Shown in pieces: positions 12,961 through 27,600 of a DNA stretch of 64,000 nucleotides. The DNA comes from Ylistrum balloti (lineage: Eukaryota): the NCBI RefSeq assembly GCF_031769215.1, contig NW_026782269.1, positions 682,001 to 746,000 on the forward strand. The letters run 5' to 3'. The translations under genes were made by a program, and so were the position numbers. Every line of letters begins with the position of its first letter. The stretch's first letter is position 1. The notes beneath the pieces were generated by a model that was not told where the DNA came from, did no database searches, and saw only the letters and a list, made by a program, of their open reading frames with translations.

Positions 12961-15391
12961 TGATGTGCAGTTTGACATTTTTAATGCTCGTCAGTAAGAC
13001 TTGTGTTAACCGTGTTTGAGTTTACTTTATATATAAATCAAGCAAATAGTTTAACGTGTTTTTGTGGTGATATCACAGTCAAAATCAATGGTCAATATAT
13101 GTTGAAAGTAAGTCTCGTATTCGTGTACGCATTTAGTCAGAATTTGTTGCGCCATATAAAAATCCAGTCTTATTTACATGATTTTCACGTCCCAAGTGTT
13201 ATCCATTGACTTCGTTGACAGGGAACTATTAACGTGTCTGTTAACACAATAATAATGGATCGCTCTATTCAATTGCATAATGTGTGTATATCAATCGTCT
13301 TTCCTCAAGAGAAGTTAATGCACACACATATATATATTGACGGCACATCAATGCACTTTATTTAAGAAAACATGTCAATGTACGACTTTACCTGATAGAA
13401 TATTTAGCAGATGTCTGCATTATTTTTTATGATTAAAACGAGCTCGAATTTTCTACTATTCAATAAAATGTCCAATATATTTCTGAAATACCACTTATAA
13501 TGACTTTATTGCAGCATATTATATTTCTTGTATATTTAGGAGGGTTTTTTTTTTAAAAATAATTATCTTCTGTTGGGTAATGTGTCCGATTTGTTTAACA
13601 CTCAACAGAGTGACTGAAATGTTTCCAAATTACCGTTCTACCAGTACAGTTTCGTATTTTGAAACTAATTCATTAATGTCTTGACATAAAGTCTAGTCTA
13701 AAAAAGGAACTTAAAACTGCATAAACCTCTATAACGCTTGCACTTTGTGAGAAAGCGGTGTCATACAGTAACATCATTTTGTGTGATCGGTACATTTTTC
13801 AGTTGAATAAATTTCGTAAATCGTAACAAAGAGTGCTAATCTTTTAAAAACAAAACACTGTAAAAGTGGATCTCCATCAATCTTGTATATATTGTCTATA
13901 GTTATTTCGTTATCGTTAAATTAGAGCGACCGATATTCTACAAATGCTGACACGATATGATCTCAAACTCGAAATCGAAGTCAAAACATAAACAAAACAA
14001 TGTTCTACATAAAGATCAATTAAAACGTACAAAGCTAACCAGACCAGGTGTTTCAAAATGGAAAAGCGTCTTCTTCTTCAACACGTGTAAATCTCATTCA
14101 CTTAAAAATTAATTTTGTGTTCTCAAATGAGAATGACGTTAACGAAATCATCCGATTATCGAACTTCATGTCGTACATGAAATAATCATATTGTGATTTG
14201 TCTGTCGGTTGTAGACATTACATAGAGTCATAGCATTTGGAAAAATCACCTGAATATCGAAAGAATCGCCACATGTGAACATGTTTAATTTATATTCACT
14301 AATGTCATATATTATACCTGATTAGATTTTGACGACGGTTTCAGAGCCGACACTTTACGTCTTTGGAAATAAAAGTTTGAGTAAAAAATGTCTCTTGAAC
14401 TATTATTGAAAAAAATTCCGTAGTCCATTAAGATAAATCGTTATATTACCACTACAGGTCTATGAACCCCTCAACAAAATTTATATTCACATCACATTAT
14501 CGGTGCAATTGTGGTGATCCAAAGTAGCAATTTTTAAGTTTTTAACGAGTAAACGTGAATGATTTCTGTTTAGTATCCTCGGAATCATAAAACGTAACGT
14601 TGACATTTCCACTCGTGCAATACAATATTGAGTAATTGACATGTCTATAGAAGCAATAAATCTTTTTATTTAAATCGATTAAACAAAGTTCTGTTTGCAC
14701 AGCCCGAAAAGATATATATGTTGTTGACAAAATATGTTTTTACAGAGGGCTATCCATTTTATTGCATTGGTACGCATGTTGTTAGTCGCGTAGATATTTA
14801 CTATAATGGGTCATAGTCTGCCACTTCATGAAGCGTAGTATATATATAGAAATATGTCAATGAACATGTTTAAATATCACATTTAATATAAGGTGCTCTG
14901 GTTTCCTCATACTTTTCCTGCTGACAAACCAAGATCATTGCCTGTAGAAATATGATAAAAATGTCCAAACCAGTTTACACATTATGCTGTTAAGACAAGG
15001 CACATTTCAAACATGCATTTTTTATAGGTTACGACTTTTCGGCGTTCAGAATCGAATCGAATATTCATTAACTGTTCACAGTATTTATTGCGTTCATTAA
15101 GAAAAAACTTTTGACCGTTGTTGTTTAATTACTGATTTTCGCAGGGCTTTTAGTATCATTGATTTCGTGGGAACTCATTACCAAAGAAAGTACAAGCAGT
15201 TAAGAGCATATTAATTCTGCACAAGCGATGTTGCAAGTTCCACCTGGAAACGAAATCAAATGTCATAGAAAATGCTTTCCATGGCAAACTACGAAATTTG
15301 CGATTCACGAAAATATAGGATAATTAGGTAACTGGGGAATCCTATATTTGAACAGCATGCAATATCATCGTTTTTTTGCAGTGAAGAGAAG

Positions 15392-15665
15392 ATGGGAACA
15401 CAACGTGACATTCCTGCCATAAAACTATTGACAGGATTATCCCGGGAATGGACCGGCATAACCAGTCCTACCAAATCTACAATAGAAGAGGCACAGCGGT
15501 ACCAGTCATGTGTTAATGATCTGACTGCGAAGACCTCGGACGGCATCACGAAGGTCAAAGGTTATGTTGAGGATGTGAACGAGGAAATAAGTGCAATAAG
15601 AGACAACGTGAAGAGGTCAATGATAGAGAGCGTGCAGATAATGTCGGATCTCGTCAAAAAATTAG
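15392..15665 (+). CDS. Copy B first visible coding exon, predicted helical
   Basis: ttttgcag acceptor at 15381. MGTQRDIPAIKLLTG...IMSDLVKKL. Donors at 15665 (phase 1) or 15669 (phase 2). Confidence 0.65.
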
Positions 15666-18600
15666 GTAGGTAAACCTCTCATCGATATCAGGGACACGGC
15701 TTATGAGTACGAATAAGTAATACCCTAAGATATAATAGGTACATATTATACAAACAGTTTTGTTTTCCTTCAAGGATTAACTCTATCATTTCCTTCTACA
15801 AAACCAACATAGACAGCTTTCCACCAAGCTGTATGATAAACGTGATGATTTCAATTTCCCTTTTGAAAATTTTCCATTTCTTGATAGCAGCATCTCTATA
15901 CCCCCAAACCTATGGTGTTTACATGATACAGTTGATTCGAAATTCAAGTGCCTTTTACCATTAGCACGATTTGCGTGCAAGTTGTTCAATATATGTATTC
16001 ATCTTATCAACTTGTAGAAGCACTTTGTAGGGAACTAGATGAGATGTGTCCTATTTCCAGTTAGGAGTCCTGTTAGTATTTGTATGAAGTCAAACGTAAG
16101 AAGTTCGACATTTGATAGCGCTATTTCAGATCAAGATAACGGTATTCATTACTAACAACATCAGGCTTTAAAGTCGATACTCAGTTAGATTTTTCAAATT
16201 TGTTTTAAATGAAACTTTTAGAATCAACTTCAGTAGGCGCATATTATACCCCTTATTTTATGTCATTGTTGATAAAGAGAGGTTAAGTAGATTTTATAGT
16301 GTGAGGAATATTGTCATATTGTCATGGTTATTATAATTGAAATTGAAATTCCACAGTCGTCAACTGAAGGACAAAATCGAAACAGGTTTTCAAACGATGC
16401 AGGTCGATACGAAATATGGGAAAGTTTTACCGTCGTCATAGTGATCTCATCGTAAAATATTCTATTTCTTTGTGCGATATGTAGTTGGATGTGTTTGGTA
16501 CTCCTTAGTTTGCCAGTTCGTTCCGTTGTTGTACGTCTTGTTCTCATTTGAAAATGTGACTTTTCTTACTTGGATTGATCACGATTTACATGGTAGGCGT
16601 TTTTAGTACAAACTAAACTAAAACAATATTTAAAAGTCCATGATTAGAAATGATAACATATTTAGGTAAATGACATCAGGTGAGCCATACACACTCATTA
16701 ACTGTAGTCTATTTTCCCTAACAGTCCCGACACCTAGTAGCCAACAGAAGCATGGTTATGGTCAAGTCAGAGACGATGGGAAATCGTAAGTACTTAAAGC
16801 TTGATTTTATACATAAACGTGAGAAATACAGATAAAATATTGAAACATTGAAGGCATAGGACATGGATATTTCTTAGAGGTGGCAACATAGCAACAAATT
16901 CTACAGTAAGAGCTATAGATTGATCCATGTATACGTGAATCAATAAGTGGGTCAATATTAGCACATATATCCAATGTTGATAATACTAGCACGGAAATAC
17001 TTTCTATGGTTAACTTAATTTCATGGAACGTTCATTAACTCCAGGTATTTATCCTTATCAGCATTGCCTCTAGAGTTTAACGATAGTAAATTAAAAGATA
17101 TCATATATTACATGAAGTAACATGACCACTGATTGAAAGTTTGTTTGCTGTTTATACATCAACGTTGGTATACCTGGTGCATCTATCCACTGCTTATACT
17201 GAAATACTAGGTCTGTTTGATTTAAATTCCATTGCATTTAAGAAAAATCCGTTTATGTCATGTCTATACACAACAAAATAATGTAAAAGAATTTATTATC
17301 GCTCGGCTAGAGCCAAACACACAGCATGTCAACAGGTCAATATAACGGTAATATTTCGTCAGGTGTGTGGGGTTCACTGTCATCATAGCTATCTCTAATA
17401 TGCAATGTGTTAAGGCAGTTGTCTGTGAAATGTCCCAGTCATGTGTAATTATTATTGTTGTTGTATGGCGTAACTGTTTTGTTTACAGCACAACTTTCTG
17501 GATTTCCCCCCGCATAGACCAAAACTGAAAATGACCGACTTTTTTTTTTACATTTTAGAATTAAGATCAGATATGTGATCCAGAAGTAAACAAGTTGCCA
17601 AATACCTACCAAGCCTCTTGTTTTGCATGTTGTTTAGAATCAGTATAATTGAAAAGATTTTATAAAAATATGATTTTGATTACAATTTTTAATCGTCCCT
17701 TTGATATTACAACATGACTTGCATCATTCTACGAAGTTGCGATGTCACAGCACGGATTAAGATATAGATGTATTTGAATCCGTGGTTACAGTGATAAAGT
17801 ATATGTCAGCGCCTATGTAAAGTATACAATTGCAATCTTGATGACCAAGACGCAATGGTAATAACCATATTGATCTTTGCCACAGACACACAGGGTTGGG
17901 ATATGACAGGGTTTTGTTATGCGATTTTTCACTGTGTATAGAACAAACCTGGAATGAGTTTGATTCTGTTTTAATAATGATGAAGTTTTCTAAGTATTTA
18001 TACATGTACAGCGTTGGTAAAGTTGGTACTTCCGTGGAGCGCATGCTAGGCGTGTCAGGGTAAATGTTTTTCGTATATTGATGTTCTTGTCCAAAACAAT
18101 CTTAAATTTACTGATAATCACATTGGGAGGTAAAACAAAACCACCAACAAATAAGTCCATTCCGTCTTGAATTCTTTATTATATCGAACTACTGATTGAA
18201 GACTAGCATATTGTTGATTAATCCTTAATTACTATTATTGATTTTTGGAAAATTTGTGCCGTTTGTATGCTTTTTATCGTCTTAATTAAGGTCTTTTTTT
18301 CTTGTGTAAGACCATTTAGTACAGATATTTTTTTCTCCAGTGGTTCATTTGGATATGGCGCTGCCAAGGAATCGTAAGTACTTTACAATTATCGACCTGT
18401 ATTGAAGTTATCAACCCCGAGGTTTATCAGGGATAGGGAAAACACAGTCATGCTAAAATAAAAAAAAAATAGGAAATTGATATGTTGTTGATCCGTGTAA
18501 TATCGATTCAGTAATATTAAATCGTACATTATTCTCATCAACTTATCGGAATATCTGCTTCATAATAACTTATTGTGATCCATCTACCTCGTAAATTTTG

Positions 18601-21600
18601 AGTGAATAAAATGGATTAAAACAATATACTCAAGCAAATCGTTTGAGCTGGCATGTAAACACACCACATTAAAGTAGTTTTAAATGTTTGATTTACAGTT
18701 AGTTGTGGAATAAAATATCTTGTTGTAAAACACTTGAAGCATTCTCTGTAACTAAAACGCGCAATAACTAGTTTCTCAATGGTTTTTGTAAACATTTGTT
18801 CTTTATCTTTTAAGTTATAAGTTGTAATAAGTTACAATGTCGCTATGTATTTATGAAATTGTTAGTTTTGCATATCAATTATCAGCGTTTCGCTAACTGC
18901 CATATCATCCCGCTCCAACTGATGACATAAACTTTATTTATTTTACAACCATTGCGAAACAAGCTTTAAGCTTATATTAATCACTATTCTTGGCCCTGAT
19001 GAAAGTGCGCGAGTGGTCTTACTATGGGTAGAAACCACCTAACCCGGAGAAATCCCACGTGATTCGGGCAGGTGACCTCATACCTTTCACGTCCGTTCCC
19101 GGAATTGAACCACAGACGCCTAGATGAAAGGCGTGTGTTACAACTGACTACCCGACCACCCGGTGGCGTTAACAAGACACATGTTGGTACAGAAGAGGTC
19201 GTTTAAATTTCAGATTAGCTCTTTCATTGTGGAGAAAACAGGTCACACAAACTTGCGGTCGTGGTATATTGAATTTCTTTCACTCTAGTTTTTTTTTCAA
19301 AAGTTTAAAAAAAAACCTAAATCTGATGTTTTTGTAATTTTTGGAACAAAATAAGTAACGAGAGTAAAAGAAATACCGCATACCAAAACCCGTTGTTTAG
19401 TAACCACTTCTAAGTTAAAGTATTTATGTAGGGAAACAGCCCGCAGAAGTAATGAAGAAATCGCAAAACAACTAGCGGAACTTGCGAAGTTCACTGAGCG
19501 ACAACAAAAACTGGTTTCTCTCACTGAAAACGTCAATTCTGCATGTGAAAAGGTTCAGTCACAGGAAGGAATAGATGACAATGATATCAGAGACTTACAA
19601 AGTGCAGTCGATGGGTATGGCAAGACATTAGAGAACGAAAAGGAACGGAAGGACAGACAGGAAAAGATGAAGAAACGAGAAGAGGAGGAAAAACGACGAA
19701 GAAATCCTGAAAACTGGAAACCTTTAGTGTAAGAATTCTTAATCAATTGTGATAAATCTATGATGGTGTTCTGAATTGTCTAAAAACAACAACGAAATAC
19801 CGACATTATGACATAATCTTAACTTAAACACAAAACTAGGAAACTATGACAGAATATTAACATAAATAAAAATAGACAGAGATTCCTGATACAGTTTAAG
19901 GAGAATAAGACCAAATGTTTCGAAAGAGCAAGCGTCTTCCGCGATGTTAATCTTTGTCAATCCGAGAAAATTATGCTATGTTCACAAATGATAACATTAT
20001 ATACAACAACGGAACAAATCGGCAATCTAATGGGCATCAAACACGTCAAGCTTTATGCCGCACCAACAAAAATTAGAATATTTCTCAATGCAATTATAAT
20101 GACTGTAAAACGTCCATATAGCCTTTATCAACCTTACTAATTCTCTATCTTACTTTTATGAGTACCATCGATATATAATATGCAAGAATTTACGATTGAA
20201 TTGAAACAAATTTATTGACATATCAATAAATATATATACATATTTGTATATATGACAAAGGGATTGGACTTCAGACATAGCCTATTTAAGCCCTCTCCCA
20301 CACTTAATCTTGATTAATCCTTAATTACTGTTATTGATTTTTGGAAAATTTGTGCCGTTTGTATGCTTTTTATCGTCTTAATTAAGGTCTTTTTTTCTTG
20401 TGTAAGACCATTTAGTACAGATATTTTTTTCTCCAGTGGTTCATTTGGATATGGCGCTGCCAAGGAATCGTAAGTACTTTACAATTATCGACCTGTATTG
20501 AAGTTATCAACCCCGAGGTTTATCAGGGATAGGGAAAACACAGTCATGCTAAAATAAAAAAAAATAGGAAATTGATATGTTGTTGATCCGTGTAATATGG
20601 ATTCAGTAATATTAAATCGTACATTATTCTCATCAACTTATCGGAATATCTGCTTCATAATAACTTATTGTGATCCATCTACCTCGTAAATTTTGAGTGA
20701 ATAAAATGGATTAAAACAATATACTCAAGCAAATCGTTTGAGCTGGCATGTAAACACACCACATTAAAGTAGTTTTAAATGTTTGATTTACAGTTAGTTG
20801 TGGAATAAAATATCTTGTTGTAAAACACTTGAAGCATTCTCTGTAACTAAAACGCGCAATAACTAGTTTCTCAATGGTTTTTGTAAACATTTGTTCTTTA
20901 TCTTTTAAGTTATAAGTTGTAATAAGTTACAATGTCGCTATGTATTTATGAAATTGTTAGTTTTGCATATCAATTATCAGCGTTTCGCTAACTGCCATAT
21001 CATCCCGCTCCAACTGATGACATAAACTTTATTTATTTTACAACCATTGCGAAACAAGCTTTAAGCTTATATTAATCACTATTCTTGGCCCTGATGAAAG
21101 TGCGCGAGTGGTCTTACTATGGGTAGAAACCACCTAACCCGGAGAAATCCCACGTGATTCGGGCAGGTGACCTCATACCTTTCACGTCCGTTCCCGGAAT
21201 TGAACCACAGACGCCTAGATGAAAGGCGTGTGTTACAACTGACTACCCGACCACCCGGTGGCGTTAACAAGACACATGTTGGTACAGAAGAGGTCGTTTA
21301 AATTTCAGATTAGCTCTTTCATTGTGGAGAAAACAGGTCACACAAACTTGCGGTCGTGGTATATTGAATTTCTTTCACTCTAGTTTTTTTTTCAAAAGTT
21401 TAAAAAAAAACCTAAATCTGATGTTTTTGTAATTTTTGGAACAAAATAAGTAACGAGAGTAAAAGAAATACCGCATACCAAAACCCGTTGTTTAGTAACC
21501 ACTTCTAAGTTAAAGTATTTATGTAGGGAAACAGCCCGCAGAAGTAATGAAGAAATCGCAAAACAACTAGCGGAACTTGCGAAGTTCACTGAGCGACAAC

Positions 21601-24600
21601 AAAAACTGGTTTCTCTCACTGAAAACGTCAATTCTGCATGTGAAAAGGTTCAGTCACAGGAAGGAATAGATGACAATGATATCAGAGACTTACAAAGTGC
21701 AGTCGATGGGTATGGCAAGACATTAGAGAACGAAAAGGAACGGAAGGACAGACAGGAAAAGATGAAGAAACGAGAAGAGGAGGAAAAACGACGAAGAAAT
21801 CCTGAAAACTGGAAACCTTTAGTGTAAGAATTCTTAATCAATTGTGATAAATCTATGATGGTGTTCTGAATTGTCTAAAAACAACAACGAAATACCGACA
21901 TTATGACATAATCTTAACTTAAACACAAAACTAGGAAACTATGACAGAATATTAACATAAATAAAAATAGACAGAGATTCCTGATACAGTTTAAGGAGAA
22001 TAAGACCAAATGTTTCGAAAGAGCAAGCGTCTTCCGCGATGTTAATCTTTGTCAATCCGAGAAAATTATGCTATGTTCACAAATGATAACATTATATACA
22101 ACAACGGAACAAATCGGCAATCTAATGGGCATCAAACACGTCAAGCTTTATGCCGCACCAACAAAAATTAGAATATTTCTCAATGCAATTATAATGACTG
22201 TAAAACGTCCATATAGCCTTTATCAACCTTACTAATTCTCTATCTTACTTTTATGAGTACCATCGATATATAATATGCAAGAATTTACGATTGAATTGAA
22301 ACAAATTTATTGACATATCAATAAATATATATACATATTTGTATATATGACAAAGGGATTGGACATCAGACATAGCCTATTTAAGCCCTCTCCCACACTT
22401 AATCTTGATTAATCCTTAATTACTATTATTGATTTTTGGAAAATTTGTGCCGTTTGTATGCTTTTTATCGTCTTAATTAAGGTCTTTTTTTCTTGTGTAA
22501 GACCATTTAGTACAGATATTTTTTTCTCCAGTGGTTCATTTGGATATGGCGCTGCCAAGGAATCGTAAGTACTTTACAATTATCGACCTGTATTGAAGTT
22601 ATCAACCCCGAGGTTTATCAGGGATAGGGAAAACACAGTCATGCTAAAATAAAAAAAAAATAGGAAATTGATATGTTGTTGATCCGTGTAATATCGATTC
22701 AGTAATATTAAATCGTACATTATTCTCATCAACTTATCGGAATATCTGCTTCATAATAACTTATTGTGATCCATCTACCTCGTAAATTTTGAGTGAATAA
22801 AATGGATTAAAACAATATACTCAAGCAAATCGTTTGAGCTGGCATGTAAACACACCACATTAAAGTAGTTTTAAATGTTTGATTTACAGTTAGTTGTGGA
22901 ATAAAATATCTTGTTGTAAAACACTTGAAGCATTCTCTGTAACTAAAACGCGCAATAACTAGTTTCTCAATGGTTTTTGTAAACATTTGTTCTTTATCTT
23001 TTAAGTTATAAGTTGTAATAAGTTACAATGTCGCTATGTATTTATGAAATTGTTAGTTTTGCATATCAATTATCAGCGTTTCGCTAACTGCCATATCATC
23101 CCGCTCCAACTGATGACATAAACTTTATTTATTTTACAACCATTGCGAAACAAGCTTTAAGCTTATATTAATCACTATTCTTGGCCCTGATGAAAGTGCG
23201 CGAGTGGTCTTACTATGGGTAGAAACCACCTAACCCGGAGAAATCCCACGTGATTCGGGCAGGTGACCTCATACCTTTCACGTCCGTTCCCGGAATTGAA
23301 CCACAGACGCCTAGATGAAAGGCGTGTGTTACAACTGACTACCCGACCACCCGGTGGCGTTAACAAGACACATGTTGGTACAGAAGAGGTCGTTTAAATT
23401 TCAGATTAGCTCTTTCATTGTGGAGAAAACAGGTCACACAAACTTGCGGTCGTGGTATATTGAATTTCTTTCACTCTAGTTTTTTTTTCAAAAGTTTAAA
23501 AAAAAACCTAAATCTGATGTTTTTGTAATTTTTGGAACAAAATAAGTAACGAGAGTAAAAGAAATACCGCATACCAAAACCCGTTGTTTAGTAACCACTT
23601 CTAAGTTAAAGTATTTATGTAGGGAAACAGCCCGCAGAAGTAATGAAGAAATCGCAAAACAACTAGCGGAACTTGCGAAGTTCACTGAGCGACAACAAAA
23701 ACTGGTTTCTCTCACTGAAAACGTCAATTCTGCATGTGAAAAGGTTCAGTCACAGGAAGGAATAGATGACAATGATATCAGAGACTTACAAAGTGCAGTC
23801 GATGGGTATGGCAAGACATTAGAGAACGAAAAGGAACGGAAGGACAGACAGGAAAAGATGAAGAAACGAGAAGAGGAGGAAAAACGACGAAGAAATCCTG
23901 AAAACTGGAAACCTTTAGTGTAAGAATTCTTAATCAATTGTGATAAATCTATGATGGTGTTCTGAATTGTCTAAAAACAACAACGAAATACCGACATTAT
24001 GACATAATCTTAACTTAAACACAAAACTAGGAAACTATGACAGAATATTAACATAAATAAAAATAGACAGAGATTCCTGATACAGTTTAAGGAGAATAAG
24101 ACCAAATGTTTCGAAAGAGCAAGCGTCTTCCGCGATGTTAATCTTTGTCAATCCGAGAAAATTATGCTATGTTCACAAATGATAACATTATATACAACAA
24201 CGGAACAAATCGGCAATCTAATGGGCATCAAACACGTCAAGCTTTATGCCGCACCAACAAAAATTAGAATATTTCTCAATGCAATTATAATGACTGTAAA
24301 ACGTCCATATAGCCTTTATCAACCTTACTAATTCTCTATCTTACTTTTATGAGTACCATCGATATATAATATGCAAGAATTTACGATTGAATTGAAACAA
24401 ATTTATTGACATATCAATATATATATATACATATTTGTATATATGACAAAGGGATTGGACATCAGACATAGCCTATTTAAGCCCTCTCCCACACTTAACA
24501 TCACAGTGGTACATGACAATATATATACACTTTAATCATTGCATACTAATAAAGCAGTATAACACAAGGAAAACACGCTTATCTACTGAAATATAATTTT

Positions 24601-27600
24601 ACCTAATCATAATTTTTCCGCTCTGAACCTTACTTGATTACAATATTTTTAATCTCTACTTAAATACACGGACATTTTAAAATGTATATTATTTTAATGT
24701 TGCAGGTTTATGGACAACGCACCTCAGGAAGACGCATTCACTAACACTGATATATTGTGTGTGATTTATGCCATGGACGGGAGCTTCCAGACCACCTCGC
24801 TCCAGTGCAATAACATGGAAAGCCGGATCACGATGTCAGATTGGTTGGATACACGATATGAAGAGCAAGCGTCAAGTCCGATTTTGATGAACGGTTATAG
24901 CAATGTGGCGGTAAATCTGGAGGTTCGTACTGATAAATCATCTATTGGTGACTATCGATGTACAGGTAGCATTTTAACAAAAAATTAACCGACAAAAGGT
25001 TTTTTTTTAAACATATTTAATTTTCACCTTTTGAGGACTAGCTTAAGAACGATTTAATTTTTGGTGTCGTTTTCTGTTTCAATTATTTTTCTTTAATGGT
25101 AGAATGTCTGATGTCTAATACAAGTCTCCTCACTAAGGTCTGTGAGACTTTCAACCTATGGATATTTCATTTGTTTTTGGAACTCAAGAACCGTTCGTGA
25201 CATTTCAACTAACACGAACGATACATTAAATACAATAATCTGAGAAATTTCAATAATGATTTTGTTTGTATGTGCTAACAAATAAGGAGCCGATGGAAGT
25301 GTACGTGCCATATTCGATCGATGGAATCAAGCACGAGCCAGAGGTCAAGATCTCAATCGACAATGGACCCTGGACGTCCCCGGATATACTCACCGAAAGG
25401 AAAGTTAAGGCCTTTCAGGTACGTTAACCTCTGTTTGTTATTAAACCTTCTGATACAGACATCCGTATTTAAATATCAGGTTGCATGTAGTGGTCCAGGC
25501 GATTTATGTTGTGACAACTAGCTTTTTTGGCATGTCGATATATTTACCTATTTACCTTTTTGTGTTTTATTGTCTCCTCTTAGACAACCATGTGTAAAGT
25601 AGTTACATTTTCTGTGGTAGTAATTATGAAAGGTAGTCATAGTGTCCTGGGGTAGTAATTATGAAAGGTGGTTATAGTTTCCAGAAGTTCTTATGAAGGG
25701 TGATTATACTTTCCTGGTGTAGCACTTATGAAAAGTAGTTACATTTTCCTGGGTAAGTAATTATAAAAGGTGATTATAGTTTACTGAGGTAGTAATTATA
25801 AAAGGTGCTTATAGTTTACTGAGGTAGTAATTATAAAAGGTGCTTATAGTTTACTGAGGTAGTAATTATAAAAGGTGCTTATAGTTTACTGAGGTAGTAA
25901 TTGTACAAGGTGGTTATAGTTTACCGAGGTAGTAATTATAAAAGGTGGTTATAGTTTCCAGAAGTTCTTATGATGGGTGATTATACTTTCCTGGTGTAGT
26001 CCTTATGAAAAGTAGTTACATTTTCCTGGGTAAGTAATTATAAAAGGTAGTTATAGTTTACTGAGGTAGTAATTATAAAAGGTGGTTACATTTTCCTTGG
26101 GTAGTACTTATTAAAGGTTACAATTCCTGGGTTAGTAATTATGAAAGGTGGTTACATTTTCCTGGGTTAGTAATTATGAAAGGTGGTTACAGTTTTCTGT
26201 TGTAGTGATAATGAAAAGTGGTTACAGTTCCTGAGGTAGTACTTATGAAAGGCGGTTACAGTTCCTGAGGTAGTACTTATGAAAGGCGGTTATAGTTCCT
26301 GAGTTAGTACTTATGAAAGGTGGTTATATTTTTCTGTGCTAGTGATAATGAAAAGTGATACTGTTTATAAATAGCAGCTCAGACATTAGGTGAATGTAAG
26401 ACATGGATCGTGGTAATTACTTTGTGAGTTGACTGGTATTAGGATTAGGATTAAGACGATGTGATGCATTATGACAATAAGCAAAAACGTTTTTGTCAGA
26501 TCGTGGTTTCATTACATAAGCGAAAACTCTTACGCAACACTTAATAGGATTCATTTATTTAATAAATTTAGAGAATTTAATGAATACATTATCAATGTTT
26601 AATCCAACTATGGTTGAATCCTTCATTTACAGAAAGGGGTCAAGTACATTGGGACTACAGTTGAAAGCTTCAGGTCAGTTAGAATAATAGTAGCCGCTGT
26701 AAACAAGGGAAAAAAGATAAAAGTCGACAAAAATGGTTCGACCTTCAAGGAAGACTGTATGCAGTTCCAGGTTCCTCCAGGGTGCGGGAATGACAATATC
26801 AAGATCAATGTAAGTTACACGTTAATTTGATTCGTTTTAACGGCCCATCCATAACTTCTAACATCAAAACAAAGAAGTCTTGTGTGTTGGTACGTATTAA
26901 TGTTATAAAGTAAACATGTATTTTGTCTACAGGTATCAACTGATAATGGAACAAATATGGCACGACAGAAGAAGTTTCTTGGCGCTCAGGTACGCGTAGA
27001 AGTCGACTGTGGGCAAAAAACAACGAAGGACATCAATGTCAAGATATCAGAGGATAAGAGTGAGTAAAAAAAACAAACAAAACAAAAACACAACACTTCT
27101 CATCAATCTAAAACATAACAAACAGTTATATAGTTATCCTTCAAAGGTACCAACGAAAACCTAGATCAAAATTTACATGGAGATCATTGGAAAATACATG
27201 ATGGAAGACCAGGTGATTTAGAAGGGTAAGTCTGTTTAACATAATGATGGCACGCCATGAAATGATAAATATGTAATACCATGTTCTCAAAATCAGAACG
27301 GGTTTAGTAACAGATAATAAAATCAGGCATTCTAATCATGATAACGACTAACATATTCCAATTCATATAGGCTTCAGCACCTCTTGGTTTTATGTGCTTT
27401 GGTCAGCACACGTCCTGAATCAAGGAAAACTTGAGAATGAACTACACTATTTATATCACAGGTTTAGGAAGCAAGGTTTTTGCTATCGAAAAATAAAAAA
27501 AATCATTACAGGTAATTAATAATCATTCAAATGCTTCGAAAACAGCCCCCTTGACTGCGTTGTAGGTTGATGGAAGTAGATTTAAAGGATTAAGCCCGGT

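Larger units (their letters stand above)
18214..24498 (+). repeat. Three near-identical tandem copies of a ~2095-bp unit (starts 18214, 20310, 22405)
   Basis: Direct comparison shows only a few differences (for example actatt/actgtt, atcgat/atggat, ggactt/ggacat and homopolymer lengths). TTAA-rich junctions. Confidence 0.97.

Noticed and set aside
16666-16679. Possible 14-nt microexon (tttag|...cag|gtgag)
   Set aside because: It gives a stop in the phase needed and could not be fitted into the exon chain.
18984-23937. Three sets of identical minus-strand ORFs (63, 79, 63 aa)
   Set aside because: One lies on a SINE and two are antisense shadows of the + strand coiled-coil exon.
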